From: an uncultured bacterium
Lineage (GTDB): Bacteria > Patescibacteriota > Gracilibacteria > Absconditabacterales > Absconditicoccaceae
Length of the DNA: 64,000 nt
Reading direction: 5' to 3'
NCBI GenBank assembly: GCA_946405785.1
Contig: CAMJIH010000002.1
Location: forward strand, 950 to 64,949
In this document: piece after piece, positions 59,272-64,000 of the stretch
Numbering within the stretch: the first letter of the stretch is position 1
How the letters are laid out: the number at the start of each line of letters is the position of its first letter
The notes under the pieces: model-generated
What the model saw: only the letters and a program-made list of their open reading frames with translations
The model's database searches: none
What the model was told of the DNA's origin: nothing
Position numbers and translations under genes: made by a program

Positions 59272-59802
59272 TTATTGTTCAATAGTTAAAGATGATAGTT
59301 CTTTAACAAATGTTTTTACATGAGATGATTTTCAACTTGTATAAGAAACCATAACAACTACCTTGTTTTTTAATTCAATAAACTCTTGCGCAACATAGAG
59401 TTCTCTTGTTTCATCTTTGATTTTATAAGTTTTAAGAATTGCTTGATATTCTCAAATAGTTCTCTTTTCCGCTTTTTCGTTTGATAGTTCAAAGTTTCAA
59501 AGATCTTTAACTTGATTAATAGATGATTGAACATATGATGATAATCATACGTTTTGACCTCAAAGATTTTCGTAATCATAAGCGATAATAAGGGTATCAA
59601 GAGTTGCTTCACTGTTTTGTGATACTTCTTGAAACATTATATCTCAATTACTTTCATCAAAATTAACAACTTGCATTTCTGCATTTAAATTTGGATTCCA
59701 TGTAATATCTCATGATTCAATCTCTAGGTTATAAACAGAATCTCAACAACCTGCTAACAAAAACATAGATAATGCAAGTCATAGGAAAGAAGACTTTTTC
59801 AT
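59272..59802 (-). CDS. Lipoprotein, 176 aa
   Basis: The signal peptide MKKSSFLGLALSMFLLAGC carries the lipobox LLAGC. Confidence 0.65.
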
Positions 59803-60104
59803 TATAATATGATATAACAAAGAGCTAAAATAATACCAATAACAACTCAAATAATAAATGATTTGTTAAGGATTGTTTGTTCAACATTTAAATCATAAGT
59901 TGAAGGATTCTTTCATTGCCATATTATCGCAATTAGGTTACCAATCATAAGCCCACAAAATACCAAGTATCCAGGCATAGCGATTTCTTTTACCACTCAA
60001 AAAGCCCCTTCTCATAGAATAATATCTCATCTAACAAGAAGGATTCACATGATAATAGTGAAACAATAGAAAAATCATCTTAACACTTGAAATAATACTA
60101 CCAT
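59802..60104 (-). CDS. Small membrane protein, 100 aa
   Basis: It has three hydrophobic spans. Its stop codon shares one nt with the ATG of the lipoprotein gene (TAATG). Confidence 0.5.
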
Positions 60105-60249
60105 ATTCAAGTATAGAAAGTAAATTACAATAAAAAATAAGTTTTTATAAGGAAAAATCAAGTTTTAATTATATATTAAAAACAATTTGATAAGTTAAAG
60201 TAAATTGCTATATTCTAAACTAATAAATTTTAAATAAATAGATGAATTA

Positions 60250-61578
60250 ATGGCTGAATTACGTCCAAGTGGATTTCCTGAATATAGTCCATCACAACAA
60301 TTGGTTTTTGATAAATTAAAAAGAATTATAGAAGATAACTACGAATCTTTTTGATATACGCATATTCAAACTCCAGCAGTAGAAAGGAATTCAGTACTAC
60401 TTTCTAAAAATTGAGAAGAAACAGGAAAACAAATTTTTTGATTATATTGAATGGCTCAATGAAAGGATGATCTTAAAGAATATGGACTTCATTTTGATCT
60501 AACAGTTCCTTTTGCTAGATATACATTGGATTGGGAAAGTCAGCTTACATTTCCTTTTAAAAGATATCAGATTCAACCTGTTTGGAGAGGCGAAAGAGCT
60601 CAAAAATGAAGATATAGAGAATTCTATCAATGTGATATTGATGTTATTCGAAAATGAGAAAAAAAATATCTTTATTATGATGCTGAAATTATTGCAACAC
60701 TCTGAAAAACATTAGAAAATATTTTTGAATCATGTGAGATTAAAGATACGCCAATATTTCACATTAGTAATAAAAAATTAATAAAATCTTTTCTATGAAG
60801 TATAACATCAAATGAAGAAGAATCTCAGAAAATATCAAATCTTATTGATAAGATTAATAAGATATGAGAAGATAATTTTAAGGCGACATTAAAGGAAGAT
60901 TTATGAATTTCTGATGAAATAATCAATAAAGTTCTTTCTTTTATTAACTTTAAATCAGATTCAATAAATGATTTGGATCAATTGAAAAATATTTGTTCTG
61001 CTCAAGAATATCAAGAATGATTGGAAGAATTAAAAGAAGTTCTTTGATATCTTTCTCAATTAAAATTATCTATGAATCTTTCTTTTGAACGAACAATTGA
61101 TTTAAAAATTATAAGGGGGTTGGATTATTATACATGAACGATTTTTGAAGCGAATTTTAAATCTGATGAGTGAATCTGATCAATATGTTGATGATGAAGA
61201 TATGAAAATCTAACATGATATATTGATCCTAAGAAGAATGATTACTGCGGAGTTGGTTGAAGTATTTGAATTAGTAGAATCTTATGAAAAATTTTTGAAG
61301 AAAAGGAAGAAAGTAAAAAGACGATAGCAGATTATCTTTTCCTTAATTTTGATGAAACATTCTCAGACATTATTAATCTTTCAGCCGATTTTGCTAAAAG
61401 AGGAGAAAGCATCGAAATTTATCCAGAACCTGAAAAACTTTGAAAACAATTTTGATACGCTGATAAAAAATGAATTCCATATGTTATTGTTCTCGGAGGA
61501 TGAGAAAAGGAACAAGGAATTTATAAAATTAAGGATATGAGAACTTGAGAAGAAAAACAGGTAAAAATAGGAAAATAA
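60250..61578 (+). CDS. hisS: Histidyl-tRNA synthetase
   Basis: Motifs: [43 protein letters not shown], and CGGGRY with three consecutive TGA codons (61189-61197), then GGSIG. Product is 442 aa. Confidence 0.9.
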
Positions 61579-61721
61579 TTCTGTAATAGATAGCGACATA
61601 TATAAATTAAAAATGTCAAGCTCTGATTTTGATTTTTGCTTGCGAAACAAACTGGGATTTTTATTATCTTGATGAAAAAAAGAATAATTTTCTATTTTTC
61701 TTTTATCATTAAGAATTGTTT

Positions 61722-64000
<2,279 letters not shown>

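Overview
This is an AT-rich bacterial chromosome segment that only makes sense if TGA is read as glycine (NCBI table 25). That points to a Candidate Phyla Radiation bacterium of the Absconditabacteria (SR1) or Gracilibacteria type. The supplied ORF track uses the standard code, so it is badly fragmented, and several of its longest entries are antisense artefacts. Re-read by hand with TGA=Gly, the window is gene-dense: about 56 protein genes, and every one ends in TAA or TAG. Housekeeping genes: ppsA (partial), mraY, thrS, yebC, murF, mnmA, alr, a pseudouridine synthase, sufS, leuS, rsmE, rny, lgt, a THUMP RNA methyltransferase, pheS, metG, pilT, tsaB, a DUF59/SufT protein, hisS and gyrA (partial). 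Accessory or unknown content: (1) six consecutive ORFans (1177-8414), including a 1555-aa coiled-coil membrane protein; (2) a Thr-run leader peptide with a terminator/antiterminator in front of thrS; (3) two tandem patatin-like phospholipases; (4) a self-contained minus-strand operon (38231-43996) with a 1428-aa PKD-repeat surface protein and two TrbC/VirB2-like pilin-module proteins; (5) a stand-alone OLD-family ATPase/TOPRIM nuclease, divergent from a small His/Asp-motif protein; (6) pilT followed by two PilN/PilO-like membrane proteins, one with an (M-S/T-G-F-D/M)n tail; (7) a DUF3127 OB-fold protein with an SSB-type DDLPF tail. Many near-consensus sigma70-type promoters and hairpin/T-run terminators are visible. 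I saw no rRNA, tRNA, CRISPR array, integrase or transposase. All coordinates were derived by hand and checked for length divisible by 3 and for frame agreement with the track. Boundaries may be off by a few nt, and starts are simply the first plausible in-frame ATG.
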